This document shows, in pieces, positions 1-14,127 of a DNA stretch of 64,000 nucleotides. The stretch spans positions 47,926,001 to 47,990,000 of the forward strand of contig NC_092352.1 in assembly GCF_963676685.1 (NCBI RefSeq). The letters run 5' to 3'. Every line of letters starts with the position of its first letter. Position 1 is the first letter of the stretch. The notes under the pieces were generated by a model. It was not told where the DNA came from and did not search any database. It saw only the letters and a program-made list of their open reading frames with translations. The translations under genes and the position numbers were made by a program. This stretch comes from Mytilus edulis. Its lineage: Eukaryota.

Positions 1-328
1 TCCTTGTGCAAAATATCATACAATCATTCATAACGTAGTTAAATGTAAAACAAATTCTGGCCATTTCTCTTGTATATTTTTCTCTTATAAGAATAGCAAA
101 GTATCGCATTTCGTAGTTTATATTCGATTTTTAGATTGGAAGGTCTTATGATAAGCAACCAACAATCAATCATGTATTTACGAAGATTTCCCTTACTCTT
201 GCAAAATGTTCGCGAAAGCATGAAATACACATATTCAAAGGATGGTCGCATTTCTAACTTCATACATATATAACAGTTACAGCCCTATCAAAGTGAATTA
301 ATAATATTTGTTGTAATTTGTTTTATAG

Positions 329-487
329 GTGAAGGCCGTAAGAGATCACAAATTTCCTTAGGAAATGCTAGTGAATATGCTTTGAATGTGATGGAACCAG
401 ATATAGTCGATCTAGTAGGTTCAATTAAAGGTCCAAAGGGAAATTTCGAACCTTGTATCCTGAAGAAATCTAAAGATGGACATTTAT
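329..487 (+). CDS. FLN: Filamin exon (GEGRKRSQISLG...KDGHL)
   Basis: TAG acceptor, GTGAGT donor, repeat-18-like sequence. Confidence 0.88.
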
Positions 488-3400
488 GTGAGTATAGCCA
501 GCTTTGCAGATTACAATCTTCAGAATTTAATTCTAAATCTTTATACATATATACTCTAGTGGAATTTAAATGATGTGCTCAAAGTAAATTTTATTTTATC
601 ATAAATTTATTAACCTTAACAGAATATTCACATTGTTTACTATACTTGCAAATCATCTGTCTAGTGGAAACGCATTTTATCTTTCTTTGTTTTCCCTCCT
701 TTTTTTAATTCTTCTATTCTGTTATTTTAAGATAGACCCTCACCCTCTTCTACATTCTAAATAATTTACTTAAAGTTTGTCATTGTTGTTTTGTCAGGTA
801 TATCATCGTTTTCTCCAAAAGAAGCTGGTGATTATCGTGTCCAGGTCTATAGAGATGAAAAAAACATCAAAGGAAGTCCATTCCCAGTGGCTGTAAAAGA
901 TAACGAACTCGCTCATGCAAGCAAGGTCAAGATCAGCGGGGCAATAGAAAAGGCGATAGCAAATGAGTCAAATGTTTTAAACATCGATGTGGCAGATGCA
1001 GGCAAGTACACATATGTTGGATCATCTAGTGGGTAAAACTATTCGGTAAAAAAAATCTTATATCATTGGTTTGTTTGTTATATCAAATACTATAACTGAC
1101 TTGAAATATGATCTTATTGTGTGTATTATTAGAATAACTGACCAAACTTTCGGACATTTTTTACAAAAACTTGTAAAAAATATTTGCACTAAACTGTATG
1201 ATATGATTGAATTAATCTGTTTTTATAGGATACGGTGGAATCACAGTGGTGATTGAAGGTCCTCACAGGTCAGAAATGGATTACGAAGAAACCGGAAACC
1301 GCGCATTCAAGTGCACTTACAGTCCACATGAACCAGGAATATACATCCTCAACGTTAGATTTGCTGACGAACACATTAAAGGTAAAGATGGAAGCCAAAG
1401 AAAGTTAAAAAATATGTATTTACCTTGTTTTGATTCTCTCGAAACAAATGTGAGACACAAATACATATGATTTTAGTATTTTGCTGTAACTAATTGTATT
1501 ATCCAACTTAATCTGTAAAAGGAGATGAAGTTTTAGCATGTTTTTTCCTTCTTTTGAAACTTCCACGGCGTTGTCAGTTTATTTTTGACTTATGAGTTTG
1601 ATGGTCCGTTTGGTATCTTTTGACTTTCTTTTCGAAGTAATGAATTTTATTGATGTTTATTTTAATTTAGACTTCAAGTTAACATACATTGTTTACTGTC
1701 GGGGACCAATTGCCGACATCTGTCATTTTATGCAACCGTATCGTAGATATTGTATACTAATGTTAATTTCCGCACTTATGTGTCTTTATTTGTTAGTTTC
1801 AGTACCGTTTGATTCAATTGAGGCTAGAAAATAGCGCGTTTTCATTTTTTTAAACGTTTCATGGAAAGCTACGGTTAATGTAGACTTGCTATGATTCCCT
1901 TTCTTTTATTTCTTTCTTACTAATTTATATGTTTACTGATAAGTGCCAGTCTACTGATTGCCCTTGGAGAAAGGCTTCATCCTGCAGATGTCAGTATAAT
2001 TGTATTCTCCTAGTTATAGCAGTAAAACTGTCAAAGGGGCAAAATTGAAAAAAAACATAATTAGGAAGGGACATGTAGCAAGTTTACGGTTAATGATGCA
2101 CAAGATGTTAGGAAACTTAACGATTTAAGACAAGAAAATATCTAACTGTTCTACAAAGTTCTATTAAGTACGAATTTCTTTGCTTTGCTACATAAATCAT
2201 TATTAGCGAAATATTCAAACTTCAAGTAATCTCATCATGTTTAAAAGTATACCAACTATATACATTTTATAAGGAAGTCCATTCTTGTTGAACGTTGGCG
2301 GTGAACCCTCTGGTCGTCTCAGAGAAAAAATCGAAAAAGAAATGGTCCAAGCAGAGCCGGTAAAGAAAGGAACTAAATGTGAATTCCTATTGAAAATTCC
2401 AGGTAAGAATTTATGAAGTAAAATTCAATAGCTTTAATGATAAAAGTACATAGTATATAGAAATATATTAACAAATATACATAATATTCCACTTAACAAT
2501 TCATGCTTTGTTGACAGTACTTTTATAATGGTTTCGTATATACTGTATTTTGTATATATTAATCACTATTTCTATAATTTTGCTCAGATTTTTGTATAAC
2601 TACCGAAGCTGTCTGTAAAGCATATTTAGTGACCAATGAAAATATTTTACTTGATACTGTGGATTCATTATTTTTTGTTTGATACCAATTATCGTGGATT
2701 TCGTGGGAACAAGGGAACCACGATTTTAAACGAATTAAAAAAAATCCATAGGGTTGTATGAAGACTTAAGCAAAACCACGAAGTTAAAAATCCACGAAAG
2801 TGTAAGTTTTCCTCATTCCACGAAAATTGATATCCACGAATATAAATGAATCCACAAAAAACTATCTCACATGGACCCTTCGAACCACTGTTCTGTAAAA
2901 ATGCCATACAATAATTTAACAAATCTGCTGGTCATAGTTGATAAGGTACTTTTCCAACAGTGTGGAATTTTAACAAATTATTATATGAAAACGGACAAAT
3001 AAAAAGCAACACACCATATTTCAATTATTCTTACCTACAAAAAGTGACCTACAAATTTTTGAATTATTTTAACAACATTTGTGCATCTATATCAACATCA
3101 ACTTATCCACCATATACGGTGGTTTAATTTGATAATATTTCATGTAGACTAACTAATACATTTTAGGAACAAATCCATTCGACATGGAAGCATCAGTAAC
3201 CGATCCATCTGGAACAACTGAATTGTGTGAAATTATGGATGAAGATGACTTCCACTACAGATTGAACTTCACACCACACAAAGAAGGACTGCATACGCTT
3301 AGTATCAAGCACAAAGCTCTTCATATTTCAGGTACTTTTTATTTCAGTCGAGACCATGTTAACTACCACAAATTTGATTTTTGTGTGCAATCTTTTTTAA

Positions 3401-6400
3401 AATGCAATTTTTAGAAAAAAAACAATTTTTGACTTGAAAATTGATTTAATCTAATTTTCCTTCCTTCTTTCATTTGTTTTAATTGAAACTACTTTTCAAT
3501 GTTAAGTTACTGACTTAATTCATCATTCTCAGTAATGATAGAGTTGTCCAAAATGCTCTTTGTTTTTTTCTGGTTATTACCTGACAAAAATGTTCTTGAT
3601 TTGCAGTATGCCAAATAGAATGGAACATCTGAAAACGTGTACAACTTATTCATTATTTTTAAGTTCGGATAAAAATTATAAGATCATTACTTCCGAAAAT
3701 TCTTTTCTTTCTTATTTGATTTGTATAAATATTTTAAATATAACATTATTTTTGTTTGCAGGCTCTCCATTCCAGTATTCTGTTGGGCAGCTTTCCTCTG
3801 GGGGATACCACAAAGTACAAGTAGGCGGACCTGGAGTAGAGAAAGGAGAAGTTAAAAAAGAAAGTAAGTCAAAATTATGGTTTCTTTTGTGTTTTTTTTT
3901 ATTATGCTGTCTCTATAACCTTTACATCAAATCTCCTTTTATTTACGCGTTTTATTTGATTGTGATAAATAACACGAAGCAAGGAATAGTTTTAGCCTTT
4001 ATTAAAAATGTTAGCACTCTATGAGAGAGATTGGGAAAATTTCGTTTGTAGATAACGCAATGCTGTGACGCTTCATGTTTTGATTAATGGTTAAACTATA
4101 AGCCTGCTTTAACGGATTTATGATTGTTATGAATATCAGAGAATTTAGAAAGAGAATAATCATCAGATTAAAAATAAATACTATTTTTGACATTATAGAG
4201 TAAGAATATTACAAACAAATTTGAGCTGAGATGGATTTTGCTTTTATTTTTCGACGCCTCTAAGTCTTATCGCTTTTCACGTGTTTGGTATTTATACATT
4301 CTTCTCTTTCAAATATGTGGCGTACGTTGAACCCCTCTGATGAATGTAAAACCAGAAAAGCGCCTCGGACACATACACATTTTTTGATGTACACAGTAAG
4401 ATGAGAGTGACCACACATAGATAATTTCACAGAATTTGAGATGCAATACTTTGTATCTTTTTAAAGAATTTATAATAGTCATTTAGCATGCAATAAAAAA
4501 AAGTGACTTAGTGCTAAATTATATGTATTACCATTCACAGATCACTTTAACATCTACACAAGAGAAGCAGGTGCAGGTCAATTGGCATGTGCTATTGAAG
4601 GTCCTTCAACTCCAAAAATGTTTTTGGAGCAGAGACCCAATGGATTTTTAGGTTTATCATATAAAGTTGAAAAACCAGGTACGTCATGTTTGATTTATTG
4701 TCTAGTAAATGGTTGAGAGATGTTCAAACATCGGATAAACAAAGATTTTTTTAGAAAAAGAAAAGAAAAGTAACACTTTATCTTTGATTTTTATCACTTT
4801 CTCATTGTAAAGTGTGTTATTTTATTGATATCATCATGTTGAGTATATACTAATATTGGTCAGATTAATATTGTTAGTATTAAAAATCATCAGTATTCCA
4901 GCTATTAGATTCGTTTTCTCGGACTGACAATTTTTTTTTAATTAATATTTTTGTTTTTTTACCCAACAATCTATTATAATGCACCGTAATTAATTCACTA
5001 GTAAACAAACTTTAATCTAATTATCTGAAATAGTCATTTTGGTAAAAAAAAGTTCCCAAAAGAATGAGCAAAAACAATTATTTAGTCATTTTCAATCTTT
5101 CAGTCTTTCATCATCACGCTTATGATATGCTGTTATTTCAAAACTAAACTGACAATTCGCTTGCAGTGAATTAAGATCTGTTCAGTTTATGTTCAGACTG
5201 TTTAGTAGTTTTGTTTTTCTGGAACACATTTAAAACATAACTAATTGTCTGCAAGGTACTCAATAGTACCGAATTGAAAGGAAGCAAATTTTCTGAACTG
5301 TTCTGTTATTAACTGTGTCGATTTGTCTGAAAATTGACTGAAACATTGAACAAGACTCAATAATTCAATGTGCAGTATATTCAGATGTTGATCTAAAATG
5401 ACAGTTAAAGACCAAAATTCATTTACTAGTACACGCAGCTTGTTCAACAAAGAATCATTTTTCATTATATCAGTAATACTTACTTCATTACACAATAAGA
5501 TAACAAAGGTAGATCTTAATATTTTCAATTTAAAAGAAGTACTATTTATGTACAAATATTTACAGGTTTAGTCGCCAATAGTGAAAATATACTTGATAAA
5601 AAAGGAAATTAATATTCAATTTATTCCCTCAACTAAATGCTTTTTTTTAAAGGAATGTATGGTATACACATTAAATTCAATGACGAGCACATACCAAATT
5701 CACCTTACATGGTCAACATAGCTCCAGACAGTGGCTTGGCAAGAACTGTTACCGTCCACGCTTTGAAAGACAGAGGACTCGCGGTATGATGTGAAAAGGT
5801 TTAAAAGGAAGAAACCGTAACCAAAATCCATAGAATGTTGTTCCTTTTTAATATTTGTCTTTTATACTAAGTACAATGTATTGACTTCTTCCGTTAACGC
5901 TTATTTTGGTCGCCATCTTAGTCTTGCAACTAGGTCCTTCTTTCTAGATTTCATTATTGGACGCAACAAACTTGGTATATTTTACTTAATGGGTTACCTT
6001 AAAAAGATAGTTGATAAACATATGATTGAATAAAGAAGCTATATCTTGATCAGTGTTCTTTATTACAGAAAAGTGCAAATTTGAAATTTATTATTAAACT
6101 GTATCCATGGCTATAGCCCGATAGTTACTAGTATCAATTCTCATTTGCCCCATTGCTTTTACATCTTAGAGTGAACATTAAATGCCGAATTTAACACTAC
6201 TGAATCTGCTTTAATTCTAGATCTAGAAATGGACATTTACAATACCTTGTAATAAATGAGCATTTAACTTGTACGTCTGTGTAATTGCATGAACAATGAA
6301 ACCAAAATAATCATTTATATCATAAATTCAGGTCGACAAGGCATCCACATTTACAGTTTCATACAATGGTGCAAAGGGTCGTTTACACGCATACTTACGA

Positions 6401-9400
6401 ACCCCATCTGGCGGTCATGAGGACTGTTTCGTACAAGAAATGGATGACGGAATATACGCAATTAGATATATTCCAAAGGAAAATGGGGTTCACTATATTG
6501 ACATAAAACTAGATGATCACCATATTCCTGACAGTCCTTTTGCCGTCATGGTGGGTTCAGCTGCAGCTGATCCAGCTATGGTCTGTGCCAATGGTGAAGG
6601 TCTTGAACATGGAAAGACTGGTAAGTAAACATATTTCCTTGGAATAAATAAGTATTGTATATCATAGTTTGATCTGATTGTTGAAGTCAAATCACTTTCA
6701 CATGTGGTATGTTTTTGAGTCAGTTAAAGTAAATTCAATGTAAGCACCGATACAAACAATGTTTTAGGATTTTTTCTACGGTCACCGTGTTAAATTTTAA
6801 GAATAAGTTTATCCAAAGAATCAATGAGTTAACATAGGTCTTATCTTAATTGACGGGTTCTATAAAGAACATCCTTGTAAAATTGAAAGATGAAATGTCC
6901 CGATTTTAATAAGCATTCTACACAGGTTTAGCCAAATTTCCCAACCAAATATTTTTATCTATGAAATAATTCAGTAAAATGTTTTGAAACATCTATGGTC
7001 ACGAAATCACTGACTTGGTATTTTACCAGGTATACATATATAAAACGTCACTACAGACACGGGCATGGCGAACACGTTTTAAAAGGAAGGGATCGAAAGA
7101 ACATAACCGTTCAAAAAGATCAGGTTTACATACTCAAAGAGCAAATTCAGCATATATTCAGAAATTTGAGACCAGTTTAAAATCATAAGACTTTAGATAG
7201 ATATAATAATCACAAAATGAAAAATATTCCACGCAAAGATATACTAATAAATTGACAATGTAAGTGAGAAAATTGTCATTTTTAAATAGGTTTAGTATTT
7301 TCAGTGTTAGTAACCGTAGATTTACTTTCAGAAAGATGGTCAAAAATACAGAATTATAATATATGTTAAATATTTTACTTAACTACTGAATATCTCAAAA
7401 GTGGAAAAATATATATATGTGAAAGTGAAATTGGCTTCCATCGGGCAATGGTTATCTCGCGATAATTGCAAATTCAATTTATCGCCAAAATACCATTTCC
7501 TTGCCTCTCAGAAAAAACAGAATTTCTTCAATATATATGCTTAAATTTGTATTTATATCTTAAGATATCGTAAATTTCTACGCTTTTGTATTTTACCAAT
7601 GCGCTAAAGAATTTAAATACTGAAAAAAATGTAAGAGACAACTTCTTATCAGAATAGTTCAATGATACATGTATATCCATACAGCTATTTAAATATAATA
7701 GGTATCATCTCTCTAGAAAAATCATTTGTTTATCTTGACAAGATCATATTTCCTCTATTGCAATGAAAAAACAAAACCATTTGGCCGAATGATAACAATC
7801 TATCATAAAGTAAAAAGACAAATAATAGAAGTAAAAACGAATCTTATTAATTCAGCTATCACGATTGAATACGAGAGACCATTTGCATGCATCAATCGAT
7901 TATGTATCTGTTGTAAACTATAAACTGCAATACTGATTTCAGTGTGCATGAAAAGGTTTTACTGGAATTACCATATTTGGTATGCTGTATAACAAAAGTT
8001 TGAGAGGCCAAAACGTTAGAACGTTCTAGAGCATCTAACAGTACAGAGTACTTGAACCGTCAACACTATATTAGGTCAATTTAGGCTGATCAAATTGTAA
8101 TCAAACTTTAACGTAAAAGTTAGGGCTAGGGGTAGGTTTAGGGACTATTATATTTATATATTTAAATTCAAAATGTAAGCTTTGAGGAGGAGATCACCAA
8201 TGATGAAAACAATAATGCTTTTAAATTATGATTATTGCATGACTATTTTTTGTATAGCAAAACTTAAAAAACTGTTTCAAATATATTTGTGTCAATGATG
8301 ACGTCAATATTTAGACTCTTATTCAAATAATGCATGGTGACATGAAATATAGACAGAAACGGGGAAACCAATATGCAGAAGAAATGTAAGTAACTGTTTT
8401 TTTTACCGGAAAATCAATGTACTCATGTTACGATGTTGAGTAGCAGCTAGTTTGTACTCATATGCAACAGTTCAATGTGAAAAACGTTGTTTTTTAAGGT
8501 TATATTTAAATAACAACAAAATATGTATTTAGTATATGCCTCGTATTAATGAAATGCATAGTTCTTCAAAATATATGTTCAAATAAAAATGTATATAATC
8601 TAAAGGTATGGTGTAGTTAGCACCACAACAGTTCTTCATATTCTATTGTATTTGTTCATTCCCTGAAAAGTGTTTAACTATAATATCTTCATCAATTCAT
8701 AATTACCTTTTGAACCTTGTTTGCAATATAATTTGTCAACATCATTACTGACTTTGTACTGTTCTGTAATATAGGTGCAAAGAACAAATTTACGGTCAGA
8801 ACGGCTGGAGCAGGATCAGGTTACCTGGCTCTCACTATTGACGGTCCATCCAAGGTAGCCCTAAGCTGTAAAGAAGTGGACGATGGTTATGAGTTCAGCT
8901 ACACTCCATTTTCTCCAGGAAAATACCTCATTTCTATTAAATATGGAAATATTAATATAGCCGGAAGTCCATATATTACTGAAATCACAGGTAAACTATT
9001 TTTGTTATTTCTAAGTAGTATTATTGCATTTAATGTAGATTTTAATCAATTCCTTAAAGAAATGACAACCTAGACTTTTTAGGGAGGGATTGTGATGAAT
9101 TTACCTCGAAACAATTGTTTTGATATCTTACATAAGCTGAACTATTTATCTTTTAAGTAAACACCAGTGAGAAATATAAGTAGGTGTTTCTGATTGTTTA
9201 TTTTTTGTCCAGCATGTGACAATTTGTCGAGGGATACAGATATAGCAAACATAAGTTCCATTGTTGTCGGCATTAATGTTTAGTCTGAGCTCAAAGTTAT
9301 TATAGATATCAATTTATTCGAACTTTTTAAAAATACAATGAAACTGAAAGAAGCTTTTATATATGAGCAGAAGACGTACTTGTTTATCCATTTTTCGTAT

Positions 9401-12400
9401 TTTCATGAGAAACGATAGACATTTTTGCGGTTATCATTCAGATAACTTCTAAAGTTAAAGATGTAGACATAAAACAATTTTGTAATAACATTGAATGTTT
9501 TAAAACATAAAAATAAGCTTCTCCACTATTTTAATGATTCTTTGTCAATCACCATCAAAGTTTAAGACTGACATATGTAAAAGGAAGTAGGACACAGGAT
9601 GCGGTTGAACCGTTTACAATTTGTTTCCTAATGTTCATTTATTGTCAATATGAAAAGATATCAATTTTGGTTTTATATATGAATATATTTTTAGTAGTAC
9701 ACATAACTGTAGTACTTTTACCAAAAACCCTTAAATCATAGATTGAAAAAACATTCTTCAACTTTTGCAGAATATTAAATGAAATAAAAATAAAAGAATA
9801 AGCATCGGTCAAGCCAAAGCCCGGAAGACAGTATACCAAAACATAAATGCTCCACGCATGGTCATAATGCAATAGTTGATTGTAATATTAATTAGATTTA
9901 AATCTTTATTTTCTTTTGGTGGATCAATGAAAAATCCTTACGAGGAAGAGGGAAAAGAGGAGGGGCAAGGTACGGTACTAGCAATGCACCGGATTTTGGC
10001 ATACTGTGCAAGTGATGCACTGATATTTTGGAATATTTGATGCAAAAAACACCTTTAACTGATCATAAGCTATTCAGTTTGGCTTTTTTGGTTTGTAAAT
10101 ATGACAGGTTTTTTGCTTAAATCTTCCTCATCAATTATCCATTATTCAATCCTAGTCCGTTGAGGTTTATTTTTAATAGAAAAGGACATTTCGGGCAATT
10201 TGCATATTTTACTTCCTCGTATGAGAACTAAATCTGGTGTAGTGGTTTTATGGTTTACATGCTAGGCGCATTGTAGTCAGATAAAGACGTACATAGTCAT
10301 TCATATATATTCGTCTCCAGACAGATAACTTGATGACTTAAAAACCAAATATCTGTGTACAGACGATTTTGGGGTTGACATTTTTTTGGGGGAAATTTTC
10401 CAATGCAACATCAATTATTTATCAATTAAAGATGTTGCCGGATAATTCACATGTACATAAATGAAATTATGTTGATGGATATGCAGAGATGCAAATATGT
10501 ATTAACATTCTTTGAATAAACCATGTATGTTAAAATCAAGTATATTGAAAAATCATAAGGTCATCGAAAAACAGGTCAGAAAAAAAATTGAGGAAATTGT
10601 TTTCGGTGAAAGAAATGGATTTGTTAAAATGATGATGGTATACACAAGGAAATTTAAGTATTGTGTATTTTCAATATAAAACATATTATTGCCAATTATT
10701 GTATTTTTCCTCAGCTGCTCCTGGTAAGGTACACAAATTTCTATTGCTGTACAAAATAAAACAATAATTTGAAACTCTGGTTTGACAGAACGGATTGTAT
10801 CACAAGTAATTGTTTGGAAATGTTCATGTCTTCTCTGAAAAATACGAATATTGCTTTTAATTATTAAAGTTTGCAGTAAAATATTATAATAATTATTTTA
10901 CCTTGAAATCTCTTCTAAATATGATAAACTGTGTAAAACGTTTTATTTCTTAACAATCAGGAACAAAATTACTTATTAATTGAAATATCGAATTATTTGT
11001 GATATTTGATATGTCAAGCCAGGGAACTATCTTTGTTTACGTTCCTACCATTCTATTTTCGAGGTTGTACTGTTCTGAATCCATCAAATACATTCCATCA
11101 TTCCTCAGAGCTGCACAATCTTTATAATTGACAGGAACCTAAATAAATGGTCATAACTATAACAGCTATAGCTCAATTACAATGGAAACTTTATGAAACA
11201 AACTTAATCATATTACATGCATCATGCGAGATATAATAATTATAATTATTGCGCAATATATATGTGGTCAGCAAAAGTCCTTGTCATAAACATTGTCATG
11301 TATTGTTCGCTATCTGTCAGCATTTAGTAAACATAATTCTTAGGTGCAAGTAGTTTATTCATAACCTAACAAAGAAATGCGATCACCTTTTGATCCGTTT
11401 TAACATTATTCTTTATAACATCTAATAAAGTATGTTACTTGTGTTGCTTATCGCTTCTTTTATACCGCAATTAATGCTTATCTTATTTATTCAAAAAAAT
11501 AATTACGTTCAAATTTCAATGAATATTATATATATAAAACGTTCTCAGACGTTATTTATAGTAATAAAAGACAGTTAATCCTGGTATCTATGATGAGTTT
11601 AATAATAGTATCAGCTTTTCCAATTTCTCTTATGATAAATATCCAATTTGAAAGCTCTTAACAGTCTTGTTTTAGACCAAGCGTTTAATTGCTAGTTTTA
11701 GTCAATTTATCTTCCCTTAACTCTTAAAACTGTTGCTTTGTGTTGCTTTGTGTTGCGTGTTTTATTGTTTACCCACCTCCTCTTGTCTTGTTTTGTTGTT
11801 TTTACATGTACTTCTGTTTAGAATACACTACTGAATGCAAATAAAGAAAACGGTAATTCCTTTTTTTCAAGTTTATTATAATGCTGTGTTGGGTTCATTT
11901 TTTAATTTTTAGACAACCTACCAATTTCACACGAATAAGTCATTAAAAATAGTTTTATTTTCTCTCAAACTTACAGAAGAGTGTATAATGAATAGGGTTT
12001 AATCGTTTATTGATTTTTTTATTTAGATTTCTGTTTAGCAAATATATTTTACTAATTTTGTGTACATTCAACTAACATTTACTATCTATTACAAAATCAT
12101 AACCCTAAACTAGCTTTTAGTTGTATAGTGTATCATTGATTGTTGTTTAGATGATGAAATTTAATAATTATTGACACATTTATAAAAAGTAGGCAAATAT
12201 CTTAAAATTTTAATTGTCTATCACCTTTTTAACATTAGTGTATTTTTAACATAATAGTTGCAACCCCGATTACCCTACTGATATTCTACACTATATCCAA
12301 CCCCATTCGTATTGCATATCATAGATTTAAACAGTTCATCATCAAAGCAATTTTCCTTACAATATGAAAAGGGTACTTTACAATAATATCTAAAGTTACT

Positions 12401-13664
12401 TTAATGCTATTTTTTGGCAAAGACAACTGAAAGCTGCTGAAAATGAAAACACTGTGTATGGGAACACACCGAAACACAGAGATTGGACATTAAAAGTGTT
12501 CGCTTTATCTCTTTACATTATTTGTTATTATTCAAATCATTATTATTTTTGCTATTGATTATTGAGTAAATCATAATATTAAGTTATAATTTTTTATTTG
12601 TTATTGTCTACAGGTTCTGGACGTAAGGCATCTCCAGTGAATGAACAGAGTACCATGGTGGTTGAAACAGTCGAGAAACAACCAGGTCAAAAATCACTAG
12701 CAAGATTCAAAGGTGACGCAGGACGAGTTGTTGTTCGTGGTCCAGGACTCAAAAAGGCAGTTCCTGGCCGTCTACAAAGCTTTACCGTTGATGTAAAGGA
12801 CGCTGGTAAGGATATGTGTTCTTTCAACAGAATTACAAATCGTTTGTTATTCTGTTTACTTTTTAAAAGATGTTTACGCTCATTTCTTGCGTCTTAAAAG
12901 TTCAGTCAACACATAATAATCACACTACAAAGTTTGCACTTACTTTTCTAGAGAAGGTAAATTATACATCTCATCTTGGATTGGGATTTGAAAGACAAAT
13001 TAAAGCTTTTATTGATTTTCTACAGAAAAGCGGTTATTTCTTCATAGCATTTCAACTTAACGCCGATATTTTTTGTGTGGTATCTTTCTACTTGCACAAA
13101 TAACGATTGTTTTCAAATCAAACGACCCGCATTCGGTTATTAATATTCCATTAAACTCTGTTTATCAGTTTTTGAAAGTATATCATTGATATATTGCCAT
13201 CAGCTGGAAATGCATTAATTTTTGAAAGAATAGAGATCATTATTCATTATATGATTGAAAAAAGACCAAACACACACAGCTATACAATAATTTGTAATAT
13301 GAAATACTTCTCAGTTTTCAAACTATTTATGTGGTGTACTTATATATTTACCTTTGTTAATCCACTACAGATTGAATATAAAATAATTAATGATTTTAAG
13401 TGAATTGTACATTATTTTAACAATTAAAAACGGTTTTACATGCCATTTAAAGTTATAAACGTATTTACTTTAGGAGCAGCAATGCTTATGGTTGGAATGA
13501 TTTCACCAAGTGGAATTGCAGAACCCGAGCTGTTGGTCAAGAAAAACACAAAAACTGAATTCACTGTCAGTTTCAAAGTACAGGAGGTCGGAGACCATAC
13601 ATTAGTTGTAAAATATGGAGATGAAGATATTCCAGGCAGTCCTTTCATTCTTCATGCAGGATAA
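329..13664 (+). CDS. FLN: Filamin, C-terminal part (Ig repeats ~18-24); 5' end outside the window; 12 exons
   Basis: Phase-consistent exons: 329-487, 798-1001, 1229-1381, 2274-2402, 3167-3331, 3762-3863, 4541-4678, 5653-5783, 6332-6620, 8775-8990, 12614-12805, 13474-13664. The spliced peptide has filamin hallmarks (DAGYGG, IEGPS, TREAGAG, HIPDSPF, KYGDEDIPGSPF) colinear with vertebrate filamin repeats 18-24 as I recall them. Confidence 0.96.
798..1001 (+). CDS. FLN: Filamin exon (ISSFSPKEAG...DVADAG), GC donor
   Basis: CAG acceptor; G|GCAAGT donor is needed to build DAG-YGG. Confidence 0.88.
1229..1381 (+). CDS. FLN: Filamin exon (YGGITVVIEGP...FADEHIK)
   Basis: AG/GT boundaries, filamin repeat motif. 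Confidence 0.92.
2274..2402 (+). CDS. FLN: Filamin exon (SPFLLNVGG...LLKIP), not in ORF track
   Basis: AAG acceptor, GTAAG donor, phase 1/1. Confidence 0.9.
2655..2856. mobile_element. Short MITE (TGTGGATTCATT...AATGAATCCACA); degenerate relative at ~44361-44534
   Basis: Terminal inverted repeats and internal TCGTGG/CCACGA motifs. Confidence 0.7.
3167..3331 (+). CDS. FLN: Filamin exon (TNPFDMEASV...LHIS)
   Basis: AG/GT, phase 1/1. Confidence 0.92.
3762..3863 (+). CDS. FLN: Filamin exon (SPFQYSVG...EVKKE)
   Basis: CAG/GTAAGT. Confidence 0.92.
4541..4678 (+). CDS. FLN: Filamin exon (HFNIYTREAGAG...VEKP)
   Basis: CAG/GT, repeat-21 motif TREAGAG. Confidence 0.92.
5653..5783 (+). CDS. FLN: Filamin exon (MYGIHIKFNDEHIPNSPY...RGLA)
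   Basis: AAG/GT, phase 1/0. Confidence 0.9.
6332..6620 (+). CDS. FLN: Filamin exon (VDKASTF...EHGKT)
   Basis: CAG/GTAAGT, repeat 22. Confidence 0.93.
8775..8990 (+). CDS. FLN: Filamin exon (AKNKFTV...ITEIT), repeat 23
   Basis: TAG/GT, IDGPSK and GSPY motifs. Confidence 0.93.
12614..12805 (+). CDS. FLN: Filamin exon: hinge 2 and start of repeat 24
   Basis: CAG/GTAAG; GPGLKKA...SFTVDVKDAG. Confidence 0.92.
13474..13664 (+). CDS. FLN: Filamin terminal coding exon (dimerisation repeat 24)
   Basis: TAG acceptor; ends IPGSPFILHAG-TAA. Confidence 0.93.
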
Positions 13665-14121
13665 AACATTTCAAATCTATTTACAAACATTTGTTGCTTT
13701 TTCAAAATTTCAAAAAGTTGTAATTATATAGAAATTTACGATATTTATCTTTTACCAATTGACAAAGACAACCGTAAGAATTCAGTGTACTGAAATTGTT
13801 TTATGAAATTGTACATAGAAAATCTTTTATATTGGTAACAATTAATTTATTGTATGACTATTTATATTCCTCTCCTTCCCTAGAATAGTCCCTGGTTTGT
13901 CATGTTATTAGAAGTTGATAATTTATATATTATATGTAAAATAATAACTAAAGCTAAATTGCATTATATTTTTGTTTATAATGTATCACTTAGTTGATGT
14001 TATTAAAATATGTGATATGAATTTTCCACATTTCAATATAAACTTTCCCTTGTGATAGTATGGAAGATATGTTGGCAACTGACTCAGATTTGAGTACAAG
14101 GATTGTTGTACCATTAACACG

Positions 14122-14127
14122 AATAAA
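14122..14127 (+). terminator. Probable filamin polyadenylation signal AATAAA
   Basis: AATAAA ~460 nt after the stop, followed by a GT-rich tract (gtgtttgttg). Confidence 0.55.

Noticed and set aside
9900-11100. Possible decayed nested gene or transposon in the long filamin intron
   Set aside because: Some coding-like stretches (RGRGKRGG, EKQVRKKIEEIVFGE) but many stops and no family I can recognise.
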